Source of the DNA: Ascidiella aspersa
Lineage: Eukaryota
Direction of reading: 5' to 3'
DNA: 64,000 bases
Assembly (NCBI GenBank): GCA_963924565.1
Contig: OZ004614.1
Span: 7,812,001 to 7,876,000 of the forward strand
This document shows positions 53,701-64,000 of the stretch, one piece after another (the first letter of the stretch is position 1; each line of letters begins with the position of its first letter). The notes below the pieces were generated by a model, which was not told where the DNA came from, did not search any database, and saw nothing but the letters and a program-made list of their open reading frames with translations. A program made the position numbers and the translations under genes.

Positions 53701-56700
53701 GTCCCATTTCAACCTATATACATCTTTTTAGACAATTTTATACATTTCATGCAATTTAATGAAATGCGACAAAAGGGCTTTTTCGCTGGCGATTTTTTAA
53801 AAATATATATTTTTTTATTTTCGCTGACGATTTTTTCACAACCGTTTACCTGGTGTTTCAGGCAATTTGGGTTTGTAACCTGTGTCGGAAGCAGCAAGAC
53901 ATCATCACTAAGACCGGAGCTTGGTACAACGGCAACCAACAACAGTCGGATCTAACCCTAAGATTGGAACACATTCCGGCCCATGGTGAGAGCTAGGGAT
54001 GTCCGATAATATCGGATCGGAGCCGATACCTGTTGCCAAGTGCTAGTATCGGTACTCATCCGATAAATAGGGTGGTATCGGTGACCATCCTATACCATAT
54101 TAGAATAGTTATTTTAACCATAAATTGTAATGCAATGTTTTCTGCTTAAATTTAAATTTATTGAAATGTAGTACTATGTGGAGGTTACTCAACTTGCAGG
54201 CAATTTTTGGCTTAAAAACCGGAAAAAATGTCTTTAGACTTTTAGATTTATTCTATTTTGCTTGTTTGATCATAGTATAACGTCATTCAGTATTGGACCG
54301 CATCGTTATATTGTTTGTTCAAAAAATCGGATATCGGTATCAGAATAAAGTGTCAAGTATTTGCCAACGCTAGTTGAAGCCTACACGGACTGAAAAAAAT
54401 AAACGATTTATGTAGCGGCGCATTTGCATACAATCCAAAAATCGGGTTGCGAAACTCGTTTTCTTACACGATTTCCTTTACATTGTAACAACATCGAAAA
54501 TGCCAGGGTTTTAAGGGCAGCCTAATGTCGTAAAAAATGGTATGCGATAATATCTTGGTGAAAAGTCTAAATGCAACCATATGCGGCCCCCTTTAAAAAG
54601 CTATAACGAATTTATTTGACCAGTCCGTTTTTCAAGTTAAAGTAACCATCAGGTGGTCTGTGTTTTGTTACTTTTTTGATGGATTTTCTTCTTAATGCGT
54701 TACAACTAGTTATTCCGTATTGGTGTTAGCAAGCTAAACAAAAACAGCCACTTAAGTGCTCTCTATTCAAGCCATGGAAATGACAGTCGGAGTGCCCTTA
54801 AGTTATGTTTTATCTAAGTTACTCTGGAGTGGAACTAAACTTGCGGCGAGTCGTCGTCTAAGTAGATCATTTGTTCAAACAATTCCTGATTTAAAGTAGA
54901 CTCGAGTCTAACAGCATACTAATATAGCAATGCAAGCAATTCAGGTCAGGTAGTGGCCCTATCAAAGATATATATACTGACGTATTTCGCTCTAGCTCAT
55001 ATATATAGATATATTTTAAGATCTTTTAAAAGAGTCTGGTCTACAATGCTAGCTTAGTTAGAGTATTCTGCTGTTACTAATCAGGAAATCAGGTGGACAT
55101 TTATCTTGCGTGGGTCAAGGTTATTTCCAATATCCCATATTTAGTGCAACACTTGAGTCTAGGTATTATTTCAAAATAACCCCCTTAAACAATATGCACT
55201 CGAGTAAATTTATCTGTCCAAAGAACGCCTGGAGACAAGTTTTAATAGAGTCGTTTTATTTAAACAAATAAATCTATAGACAAGATGTCGAGATTTGTCC
55301 AAACAACTCCGGATTTAAAATGCATTCTAGTCGAGTTATTGTCCGAACTACTTCTAAGTTTAAGTCGACTCATCACGTCTTTACAATTCCCCCCACAGAG
55401 CTTAATCGGATGTACGCCGCCAAGAAGATGCCAGGCTCGGCCAGTCTCGCTCAGATCGAGAACCGCGGCAAGGGATCGTTCCTGGCGCACCGGAGGGGCA
55501 GCAAGGGGTCGCGAAACCCCCACGAGGGCAAGTTGAAAAAGGGCAACAGCGAACCGCAGCTTGCCAAGACCGACTACAGTCCCGAAATTCCCCGCTTTGG
55601 CGCGATAACAGGTATACGGCCGCTGGAGTCTAAAGGCTTCCGTGTGTTAGTGGATTAATGCCCTTAAATTTTTAGCTGTGCTTTGTGAGTTTGTTTAGCT
55701 TTTATTAGTTTTTGTATTAAACTTCAATTTGGTGGAAGATTAACCCTAGTTTTGTGCAAAGATTAACACCATCGACAAATTATAGTTACACCTATAAAAA
55801 CAAACACATTAAGTGGATTGTCATTTTAATTTTAAGATTTCCCAGAAATTACCTATGCTCCGTGAAATATAATATTTTTTAAATTATAAAGGCTTGTAAT
55901 GCCAAGTCATTCGCAACAAATTTAAAAAAAGTATCAATTTAAACTGGTTAATTCAAGTTCAATTCAGTTAAAAATTTACACTATTGCGGCTAAAAGCTAA
56001 GAAACTGAAAAACGTCGTTTGGTAAAATAGCAATTTACCAAAATCTAAAATGAGAATTTAAATTAAATTTAGAGCACGCAACTAACTTACAAATCAAATA
56101 AGAATGATAACGAGCAGTATATCGCTAAAGTGCATCGAAATTTCACATAAATATATAGAAATTTTTCTTAAATTCTTTGAAATACCGCACAAACAAAACT
56201 CGCTTAAACTCTTGAAAATATCGCTCAAACTCTTCGAAGTTTTGCTCAAATTCATCAAAATAATGCAATAAAACAAATACCCATTGTTTTGTCCAATCTG
56301 CTCACGAAATCACCCCTGCACAGGCACGGAGCCGAATCCGGCCAACCCTGTCTCGCCCCAAGCCAACCGACCACGCATACCATCGACTGGCAGCGCAGAC
56401 GGCAGCGAAACATCGAAGGCTACGCGCGGACGCCGCAGGTCGAGCACCAACTCGGACCTAGTGCTCTGCCGCCAATCACAGGCCGTCGTCGCTCAGCCCA
56501 TCACAAGCCCGATTGACGAGAAAACGCCGGCAGTGAGCTTGGCTTCCAACAGGTTCGTATTTGGGAAGCTTCCAATAAGGCAGCTGCTTGCGGCTTTCTA
56601 TACCAGTGGTTCCCAATTGTTTACAATCAACTGAATATACGTAGGAAAACATCATTTGAAATACAGTACTCTAATTCTAGTCAAATAGTTGTTTCAAGGG

Positions 56701-59558
56701 TCTTACCAATAGAGCGAAAGTCAGATCCACCCTTGAGCATTAGACATGGCACCCCGGTTGGGAACCACTGTCCTATGCCTTACTTTGTATGCCTTCGTGT
56801 TTTTGGCTCTGGGAACGTCCGATATTTCCAGGTCTAGAAAGCTCAAGTGCCCTTTTATCGTGCTTCTCAGCTATGTGTGTTGTGATGTCAGTTCGCCCGT
56901 CTTTCTTTTTGGCCTTAGTGATTCTTACTATTTCTATCCATCTGGTCTGTTTTATTTAGTCAATACCTGACTACGACATCGTTTGTCTTGGTGGTCTTTT
57001 TCTATCTACCAGAATGTCTGGTAATTTGCTTGTCTTTATGTGCACGCGAGTTTGCTTTTTCGACCGCTTAAATGCCAATTATACCAAAAAGCGCAAATTA
57101 TAACTTTGCTTAATAAGAATATCAAAACCCATACAGAAGAAGATATCATTTTGAACGCTTTCAATAAAAGAGTTATTCAAAACGTTAAAAATGCCACCCA
57201 CTTCTGTATGGGCTTTGATATTCTTATTACGTCTTACTTTAACCTCAAATCAATTATGCTCCCTAACTTTGCTTCATATCAGCAAGCAACTCCTTTTCCA
57301 CCAACCTTTGCAGCCGGACTGATTCTCCTCGTCTCAGCCACAGCAACAGTGCCTTGTACCCACCCCCGGCCGCGGCCCGGTCGCCCCAAAACCAGGCCAT
57401 TACGACGCCGGGTTCCACCAGTCCCCGCGACCCGCGACGCACCGTCTACGACCGGACGAGTCACGAGTTGGTGACCCGCAAACTCGCAAAACTCGCCGAC
57501 CGCGACTCGTCCGCTACTCCGACCAGCAAACAGCAGCAAAGCGAAAGTCGCAGCGACTGTCGCTCCAGCCTCCAAATACACCAACAGCACGGTGAAGTGT
57601 ACAACGGCGAAAGAGAGCGGAGTCGAACCCCTAGTTCTTCCCGTTCTCGACCGGGCCTTGCGGTTGAGGAGAGGATTAATCCAGTAAGCTCCTTACCTGA
57701 AAGCAGTTCGTCCGCTGCTTTACAAGCTCCCAAGTCCCAACAGCAGCAGCAGCAAGGCAAGGTGCCTGTCTCGCCGTCTTTTTCGTCCGAAGCGTCGCTG
57801 TCCGTTGCCGATTTTGGCCAGAGGCCGCGATCGCCAAGGGCTAGCCGTAGTCCGGCCAGCAGCAGGCAAGTAATCTGGTCGATTTTATTAACTTTTTCGT
57901 GGACTAGTACAACGTTTGACGATCGCACTGTTGTAGTTAGGTTTTTTTGCTCATATTTTATTACAGATTTTTTAAGCCACAACGTAATTAAAAAAGTGTC
58001 TCCATTTGAGAAAAAAAGCGTCATAATCGTAAGGTAATCACACGCCATAAACAGCCAATACACGCCTAGATTTGTTCAAAATTAATTTTTCTCTTTGATG
58101 TTTGAGCGAATTTCTGCACCGCAACCAATACCTGCCTATTTTTGATAAAACTTGGATAATGTTCTACCTTAAGAGGTCCTGTATTGCTGATCAGTTTTCG
58201 ACCTTAATAACGTATATGGTCGTGGGATGGGAATTACACTTTTTAAAACTGGTTAAAAAGAGTTAAACTGATTACAGTCCACGGTAATTTTTCAGTCTGA
58301 CGTCTAACATTTTGGACAAAATATTCGAGATCACTTTAATTAAATACCAAAATGTCTACACTAGAGCCAAGTGAATAAGAAGTTCAAACTAAAAAAGCGG
58401 GTTAATCTACTTTGGATATGAAAATTTACTGACCCCTATTACTGATATTTTTAAGTTACGCCAAAACTTAGCCAGGTAGAAAACGCTGCTTATAGTGCAA
58501 CAAACTACACCTTAATAGTCGTATAAATTTGATAGCGAATTGCCACTGATACCACCCGAGTATCGGACGAGTTCCGATACTGCAATCTTGTATCGGTTAT
58601 CAGGTCACTTCTGACATAAACGAACGTATTTAATTGTTTTCAGGAATTACAATTCGTACACACGTGATTTAATCGAATACCATTGGCCAGGGGTGCACAA
58701 CCGTTGAGCTATTGGCGGCCGCATTACCAGTATTTATTGTTCTGGGCACTTGTAAAGATGTTAGATAAAATGAGATCGGAGCCGATACCTGATGCCAGGT
58801 GGTAGTATCGCTACTCGTCCGATACTTTAGTGGTATCGGTATTGGTGTCGATGCGATACCTAACGTTTTAAAAAATGTTGCTTTAAAACAAAGACACACA
58901 GCATTCCTCAATAATACAACGACAGTGTTTTTCAGCCAATTATCGTAAATTTGGAGATAAAAGCGCCGATTTCCTTAAGTCAAGCAGATTTGTCCTTTTT
59001 TCGAATTTCACAAGTTGCTCATTCTTTGTTTTTTCAACTCCACCAGCTCAATTTGAACACCTATATCAATCCCTTACAATGTGACGACACATGTTGTTGT
59101 GCATTGTGCTGTAAAGCTTTTCGCATTGCCTTCCATTCTGATCTTAGCTAAAAGGTTGCTTTCGAATCAGATGGCATTTAGACTGTTTAGTGTTTTTAGT
59201 AAAACAAGTATAACTCATAAAATTTTCCTTATGTCTTAAAAGTTAACAGAAAAATACATACAACCGTGTAATATCAGCCATCCTGAGTTTTCTAATTCTC
59301 CGAAAAAAATAGCAAACAAACTTTTATGTGCAACTTCCAGGGGTGCCGATCGCTCCAAGAGCCCGCGCCCCTCGCGTCACACGTCCGTGGAACCGGCCAT
59401 GGCGCCGGGCCTGGACGCCCCCCGGCACCACCAGCACCCCCGCTACTCGACCAGCTCCCAAGAGACCCTGGCCTCCTCGTCGTCAAGGCAACAGCAGCAG
59501 ACCACCGACCCGAGGTCTTTGGCTCACCCCAAGAGCGCCACCCTGCCCAGCAGTATGG
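38731..59558 (+). CDS. RIMS2: RIMS (RIM1/2, unc-10) presynaptic active-zone protein, 5' part; continues beyond the window
   Basis: Exons at 38695/38731-38837 (MEIPDLSHLTPDEQEQILAVIKRQQDEEKKEK, Rab3-binding helix), 39516-39627 (LQEQFDSYKDHVKK), 40124-40240 (CPMCHKTKMAEGCGHTCAYCALRFCSRCGGRV, zinc finger) and 53862-53985 (WVCNLCRKQQDIITKTGAWY). Low-complexity exons follow at 55399-55611, 56324-56552, 57314-57865 and 59341-59558. The start codon is uncertain because the frame is open back to an acceptor at 38694. RIMS1 versus RIMS2 cannot be resolved. Confidence 0.92.
39128..39421. mobile_element. hAT MITE
   Basis: Ends CCGTGTTTCTCA / TGAGAACCACTG; TSD CTGTAGAC / CTGTAGGC. Confidence 0.7.
42444..42570. 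repeat. ~46-bp tandem repeat x3 (AAAATTGAGTTTTCT.TAGG.TTCTCATATTTT)
   Basis: Three visible diverged copies. Confidence 0.75.
44348..44581. mobile_element. Internally deleted, inverted copy of the 49488 hAT MITE
   Basis: Ends CAGCGGTTCTCAACC / GGTTGACAACCACTG; the interior is the reverse complement of 49488-49827; no TSD retained. Confidence 0.75.
45103..45793 (+). repeat. 156-bp near-identical direct repeat (45103-45258 and 45638-45793)
   Basis: AATGATGCAAGCAGAGCAGGC...CTAGTTGGCAGCAAAACAA occurs twice and includes a CCGATA-family MITE end. Confidence 0.88.
46838..46972. mobile_element. Short hairpin MITE (AGCCCATACAGAA-type termini)
   Basis: Inverted arms TTTTGAACGTTTCGAATATC...GATATTCGAAACGTTCAAAA. 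Relatives lie at ~57127-57214 and ~53631. Confidence 0.65.
49488..49827. mobile_element. Non-autonomous hAT MITE, intact
   Basis: TIRs CAGTGGTTCTCAACC / GGTTGAGAACCGCTG; perfect 8-bp TSD TTATAGAC. Confidence 0.92.
51538..52066 (+). repeat. ~210-bp direct duplication interleaved with the two halves of a foldback element
   Basis: AATTGACATTTTAGTAACTACTG...GGAGTGGCAATCAATTACGCCGGTCCGTC...CAACTGAC occurs at ~51575 and ~51893. Confidence 0.75.
56604..56770. mobile_element. Short hAT MITE
   Basis: TIRs CAGTGGTTCCCAA / TTGGGAACCACTG; degenerate TSD TTCTATAC / TCCTATGC. Confidence 0.72.
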
Positions 59559-60215
59559 GTAAGTCTGGCGCGTTTTTTTGGGGGGTTTTGCGTTTACCCC
59601 AACCATAAGACCGAAATAGGAACAACGTCAATAATATGCAGTTCGTAATACGACTAAACTAGGACTAATACCGAATACCTTGTAGTCGTTGTAACGCCTA
59701 AATAGGAATAAGTCCTAAGTCCGTCAAAATAAGTCCTAAATGGTCAGAATCAGGCCTAAAAATCACACTTCATGTTTTGTACAATACAGTACTGTGGGTA
59801 AGTCTGGCGCGTTTTTTTTGGTTTTGAGTTTACTCCAGCCATAAGACCGAGATGAGAGCAACATCAATGAAACACAATAAACTCAAAGTTTAAAAAACTC
59901 CCGAGTAAAACCAGGATCAGATATTTTTCAAAGGAAATGTCTGATCCTGGTTTTTCTAGGGTTTTAAGCTTTGAGTTTTATCGTCAATATACGCGTCAGG
60001 CGCCACTTTAGATATCAATGAAACACAGTTCGGAATAAAAAATCAATGAAACACAGTTCGGAATAAAATAGGACTAACATACCGAATACCTAAAAGTCGT
60101 TTTAACGTCTAAATCGGATAAGTCCTAAATGGTCAGAATCAGGTCTAAAAATCACACGTCATGTTTCGTACAATATAGCAGTGTGGGAAAGTCTGGCGCG
60201 AGTTTTGGTTTTGCG
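59551..60215 (+). repeat. Diverged tandem repeats that copy the RIMS exon donor site, with a hairpin insert at ~59877-59981
   Basis: TGGGTAAGTCTGGCGCG occurs at 59556 and 59795, and TGGGAAAGTCTGGCGCG at 60184. The inverted repeat is AAACTCAAAG...CCAGGATCAGA / TCTGATCCTGG...CTTTGAGTTT. Confidence 0.75.
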
Positions 60216-60320
60216 TTTTCTTGCGTTTAAATCGGACATTTTTTTAATGTTGTTTTTAAAAAATTTTTTTAATGTTTTTTTTTTCAAGTTTTTTTCAAAA
60301 TCACAAGTTATCGTTTATAC

Positions 60321-60631
60321 CAGCGTTTCTCAACCGGTGCGCCATGGAAGGCTGCTAGGTGCGCCGCGAGCAATAGTAAAAAACATGTCGAAATAAGTAA
60401 ATTAATCGGAATAAGACTTTAATGGACAAAATAACGTTTTTAGTCTCAAAGGCTGGAAGTCCCTTTAAAGATATGCAACTATAAAACCCGTATAATAAAA
60501 AAATGCAGGCAATTCAAGAGAAATATCGGTAAACCTCAAAAACTTCGCGTTCGCTTCGCTCGTAAGGTGCGCCTCCACGTTTTTATACGTCTCTAGGTGC
60601 GCCCCCAAGTATAAAAGGTTAAGAAACACTG
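60321..60631. mobile_element. hAT MITE
   Basis: TIRs CAGCGTTTCTCAACC / GGTTAAGAAACACTG; TSD GTTTATAC / TTTTATAC. Confidence 0.82.
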
Positions 60632-61380
60632 TTTTATACAATACAGTTGCACGACGAACCTAATAGTGCGTTTCTCAAAACATTAACTTTGCACACTTGC
60701 AGACCTTGCATGAAAACCAATGCCCAAACTTTTAACGCAGACCACCTAAAAATATTTTTTCAGTTTGCGTGGACTAGGGTCGGTATGCCATTTTTAGCGA
60801 TGACGTCATACAACAAGTTAACCTAAGAAAACTAACTGTTTTCAGCCCAACAATGCTGAAACTGAAATGGAGTCAAGTACATTTAAGAAAACTGCACCGA
60901 AGCTTTTTTTTAATTGAACTATTTTCTTTATTCATTTCATGTTTCAAATTATTTCATTAATGTTGTCATGGACCCCCTAAAACTAGCCCACGAGCTCCAA
61001 GGGTTTCATAGACCTCCGTTTAAGAGCCTCTGATGTAAAGTGAGGTACATTACAATATAAAATAACTCTTAAAAGCAAGCGGAGAGCTTATGACCAACAA
61101 AATGACTACAAAAAAATGAAATAGTTTGCAGCACTCGTGCCCCCGGCAAGATGTCAGCTGTCAAAACTTTCTCCGGACGACCTAGGTCGTGGAATGACAA
61201 AAGCGCCATCCACAAAGACAACAATTGGAAGTAAAATTCTTGACGGCCGTTTTTTCTTGTGTTATTGTGAGGCCACACGATGTTAACCCTGTTTAATCTT
61301 CAAGTTAAGTTTCAGCCAAGCAACACGTTAAGAACCCGGCCTAATATTTTACTCTTGCTTTATTTGCTTACCGTCTAAAG

Positions 61381-61730
61381 CAGTGTTTCTTAACCTTTTT
61401 ATCGCTCGTACCCTTTAGGCTTTCATGAAATTGTCTCGTACCAAAACAATGGCCGATGGAAGTAAATAAAATTGCAATGATAGGAATTTAACTCAATTCA
61501 TTTATAACTTTCGTGTTGAATGCATGCATTAAATGCAGTCTTGTAAGTTCAAAAATATTTACAACACACAAACGATAGTTGAATTTACTAATGGCTTTTA
61601 TGTTATTGCTTTTCGTAACTTACAAATATGCCCAAAGAGCGCATAATTTTATACTGCATGTCGTACCCTCTGCTTTGGTGCTTCGTACCACCAAGGGGTA
61701 CTTACACGTACTCCTGGTTAAGAACCGCTG
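61381..61730. mobile_element. hAT MITE
   Basis: TIRs CAGTGTTTCTTAACC / GGTTAAGAACCGCTG; TSD GTCTAAAG / GTTTAAAG. Confidence 0.82.
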
Positions 61731-62607
61731 GTTTAAAGTAATTTCAACGGTTCGATTATAGCGCTGCGTTTTCGTTTTAAAGTTGACCTGCGTAAAAAGC
61801 GTTTCTCCGATGTTTCAAAAGTCAGCGAAAAGCCGAGGTTTAAATGGTGAAAAGCGACGAAGAATGGAGACCAAACAGCTGACCTTCTCAATTATTTACA
61901 GACATTTCCAATAGCTCGGTATCGATTTTGTTGCGAGCGTATTGGAGATGCGACGAAAACGTCCGACAAATATCGAAATATGCTCACGGTTTAGTCAAGC
62001 GTTACTCGCCCTGATGTAGAACGCGCATTTCGTTACATCCTACGTTTGTCCTGTTTTTTTATTTCCAAATCAAATACGAAATAAAGTTTTATGGTAGCGT
62101 CCTGCGTATAGCGCCCTGTCAAAGCCGGGTATGACGTCATGAAAAAAATCGATTTCTTTTTAAAAAATAGATAAAAAACAGGAAATCCCAATTAAAACAA
62201 ATAAATATATATAAATATGTGTTATTTATATACATAAACAAATATTAATAAAAGCAATAATCCTTGTTACATTGTTATGGTGTCTTTTTGAGGCTACATT
62301 TATGTAAACGTGTCCAATATACATGTTGTGTTTATTCACAGTTGCATTCGTACAAACGAGCACTGCCCGCCGCTTTGCAAGTATTGATTAAATTCCGCTT
62401 CAATGGGCACTGGGCAGTCACGAGAGATTGGCCATAAACGCAAATTTCCCTTCTTGGTCGGTCTTTACCATATGAACACGTACAATGATCTTTGAACTAA
62501 AATGTTAAACTTCCAACTTACTTGTAACGTGTTCTAAACACAGTTCGTTGTGAGTCGAAGCAATTTTTAAAACGAATACCTGTATAGCGGTGATTCAACG
62601 TAAGAAA

Positions 62608-63047
62608 TCACATGCTATAACACTATTCGCAGTTCAGTGTTTTTTTTTTCAAGTCAAAATTTGTCATGTGAAACTGTAAGGCGACTTTGCCTATCACCTT
62701 CAAAATGTAGCGGTTTGTCTGGTTAAAATATAGTAAAAAGTGCCCTCTTGTAAATCTAAGTGAGTTTTTTTAGCTTTTATCCCCCTCCCTCTAAAAATCG
62801 TTGTCTGTGCCGAGGCCAATTCGCAAGTCACATGCTATTATACTGTTTGTAGAAGTGTTTTTTTAAGTCAAAATATGTCCAGTGAAACTATAAGGCGGCG
62901 TTGCCTATCACCTTAAAAAAGTAGCAGTTTATCTGGTTAAAATGTAGTAAAAAATGTCCTCGTATAAATCTAAGTGAGTTTTTTTTTTTAACTTTTATCC
63001 ACTAACCCACGCTCCCCCCCCCCTCCCCCCCAAATTGTTGGCTGTGC
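62608..63047 (+). repeat. ~220-bp tandem duplication
   Basis: TCACATGCTAT...AAGTCAAAAT...GCCTATCACCTT...TAAATCTAAGTGAGTTTTTT occurs at 62608 and 62828. Confidence 0.8.
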
Positions 63048-64000
63048 TGATATTTACGCACACAATGACTAACATTGAAAAGGCCGGAAAATGTATGACA
63101 TCATCTCCATGTCCATGAGTATTTTTGCAACTATTACATTTTACAATTTCCTTTTTTTTCAGCAACGGTTCGGATCTATTCTCCTCTGAGCTAGAAAACA
63201 GTAAAAGAAATAGTAGTATGAACATCAAAATTAGTCGTGTTACCAGTGATGCCTCAGTTGTCATACTTAATGTATTCTAGGACGACCTTTATAATAAGTT
63301 ACTAGTATTTGCTAATTCGATGAATTAGGATTATAATGCTTAGAATTCACCGAAATGACGTTTCAGTTCGCCCTAGTTCTAGTATGTCAACTCATTAATC
63401 TTGCGTAGTAACTTTTTCGTTGGATGTTGATTATTAAATCATTTTTTTTGGTCATTGATAGGCTTTCGGAATGTCCAATTTTATTGGGTTAGAGCCGATA
63501 TGCGTAAGAAGTTAATTGTAATTTTCCTTTTTGGAAAAGTGGCCTGCCTGGGAAAAGTTAATTGTTTATTAGCCTTAAGGCAAAAATGGCACCTATTTCC
63601 AAGTTTTACTATTTTAGTTGCTTTGTCTTTGTAGTGTTGTAATTATAGTATAGAATCGCTTGGCCATTCTCTTTTTGTAGTATAGGAATAAGTTACAAAG
63701 TATCAAAAAATTTGAGGTATTTCTATATGGATAAAGTAAATGGAAACAAACAATCCTAGTTTTTGCGCCCCAAATTTCAAGTATCGGAATGTAATAGGAT
63801 AGGGCACTTAAATTTTAGGTATCAGTATCACAACAAAGGATACTTAGTATCCGACATTCACAGTTGTTGCAATTAAGGAATCCTTACATAGTGGTAACAT
63901 CCATAGTTGTTAAGGAATGCCTAAAATTGTTGGTACAAGTATCCCAATAAAATGCAAACAATCGAATTTTACGTATCAATATCCTAACAAAATACAAACT

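Noticed and set aside
57279-58063. Minus-strand ORFs of 103 and 200 aa
   Set aside because: They are antisense shadows of the GC-rich RIMS exon 57314-57865.
595-59558. PLD, MBOAT7-like and RIMS as a functional lipid/exocytosis gene cluster or operon
   Set aside because: The genes are separated by several kb of repeat-rich DNA and an opposite-strand gene. Nothing in the sequence shows co-regulation; conserved synteny would be needed.
62342-63280. Further RIMS exons after acceptor-like sites at 62341 and 63162
   Set aside because: I could not build a convincing phase-consistent chain or recognise PDZ or C2 sequence, so I left them uncalled.

Overview
AT-rich, intron-containing animal genomic DNA. 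It looks like an invertebrate, possibly a tunicate, but I cannot establish the taxon. No prokaryotic features, rRNA or CRISPR arrays are present. In order along the window: (1) the 3' seven coding exons of a phospholipase D1/2 gene (+, 595-9941); (2) an unrecognised spliced gene for a single-pass membrane protein on the minus strand (~12.1-14.1 kb), possibly decaying at its 3' end; (3) a head-to-tail tandem duplication (unit A ~14157-24755, unit B ~24756-33879) carrying an intact, divergent MBOAT7/LPIAT1-like gene (467 aa) and a second copy broken by a 689-bp deletion; (4) the 5' part of a RIMS/unc-10 presynaptic scaffold gene (+, from ~38.7 kb, running off the window), with a 13.6-kb intron and a probable GC-AG intron. 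Introns and intergenic DNA hold many non-autonomous elements: hAT MITEs with 8-bp TSDs, a Harbinger-like MITE, foldback elements, a tRNA-derived SINE and a probable solo LTR. I found no clearly new biological system. The best leads are the mosaic MBOAT7-like duplication, the orphan membrane-protein gene and the frame-ambiguous RIMS exon. All exon calls were made by hand from GT/AG sites, phase continuity and recalled protein motifs.
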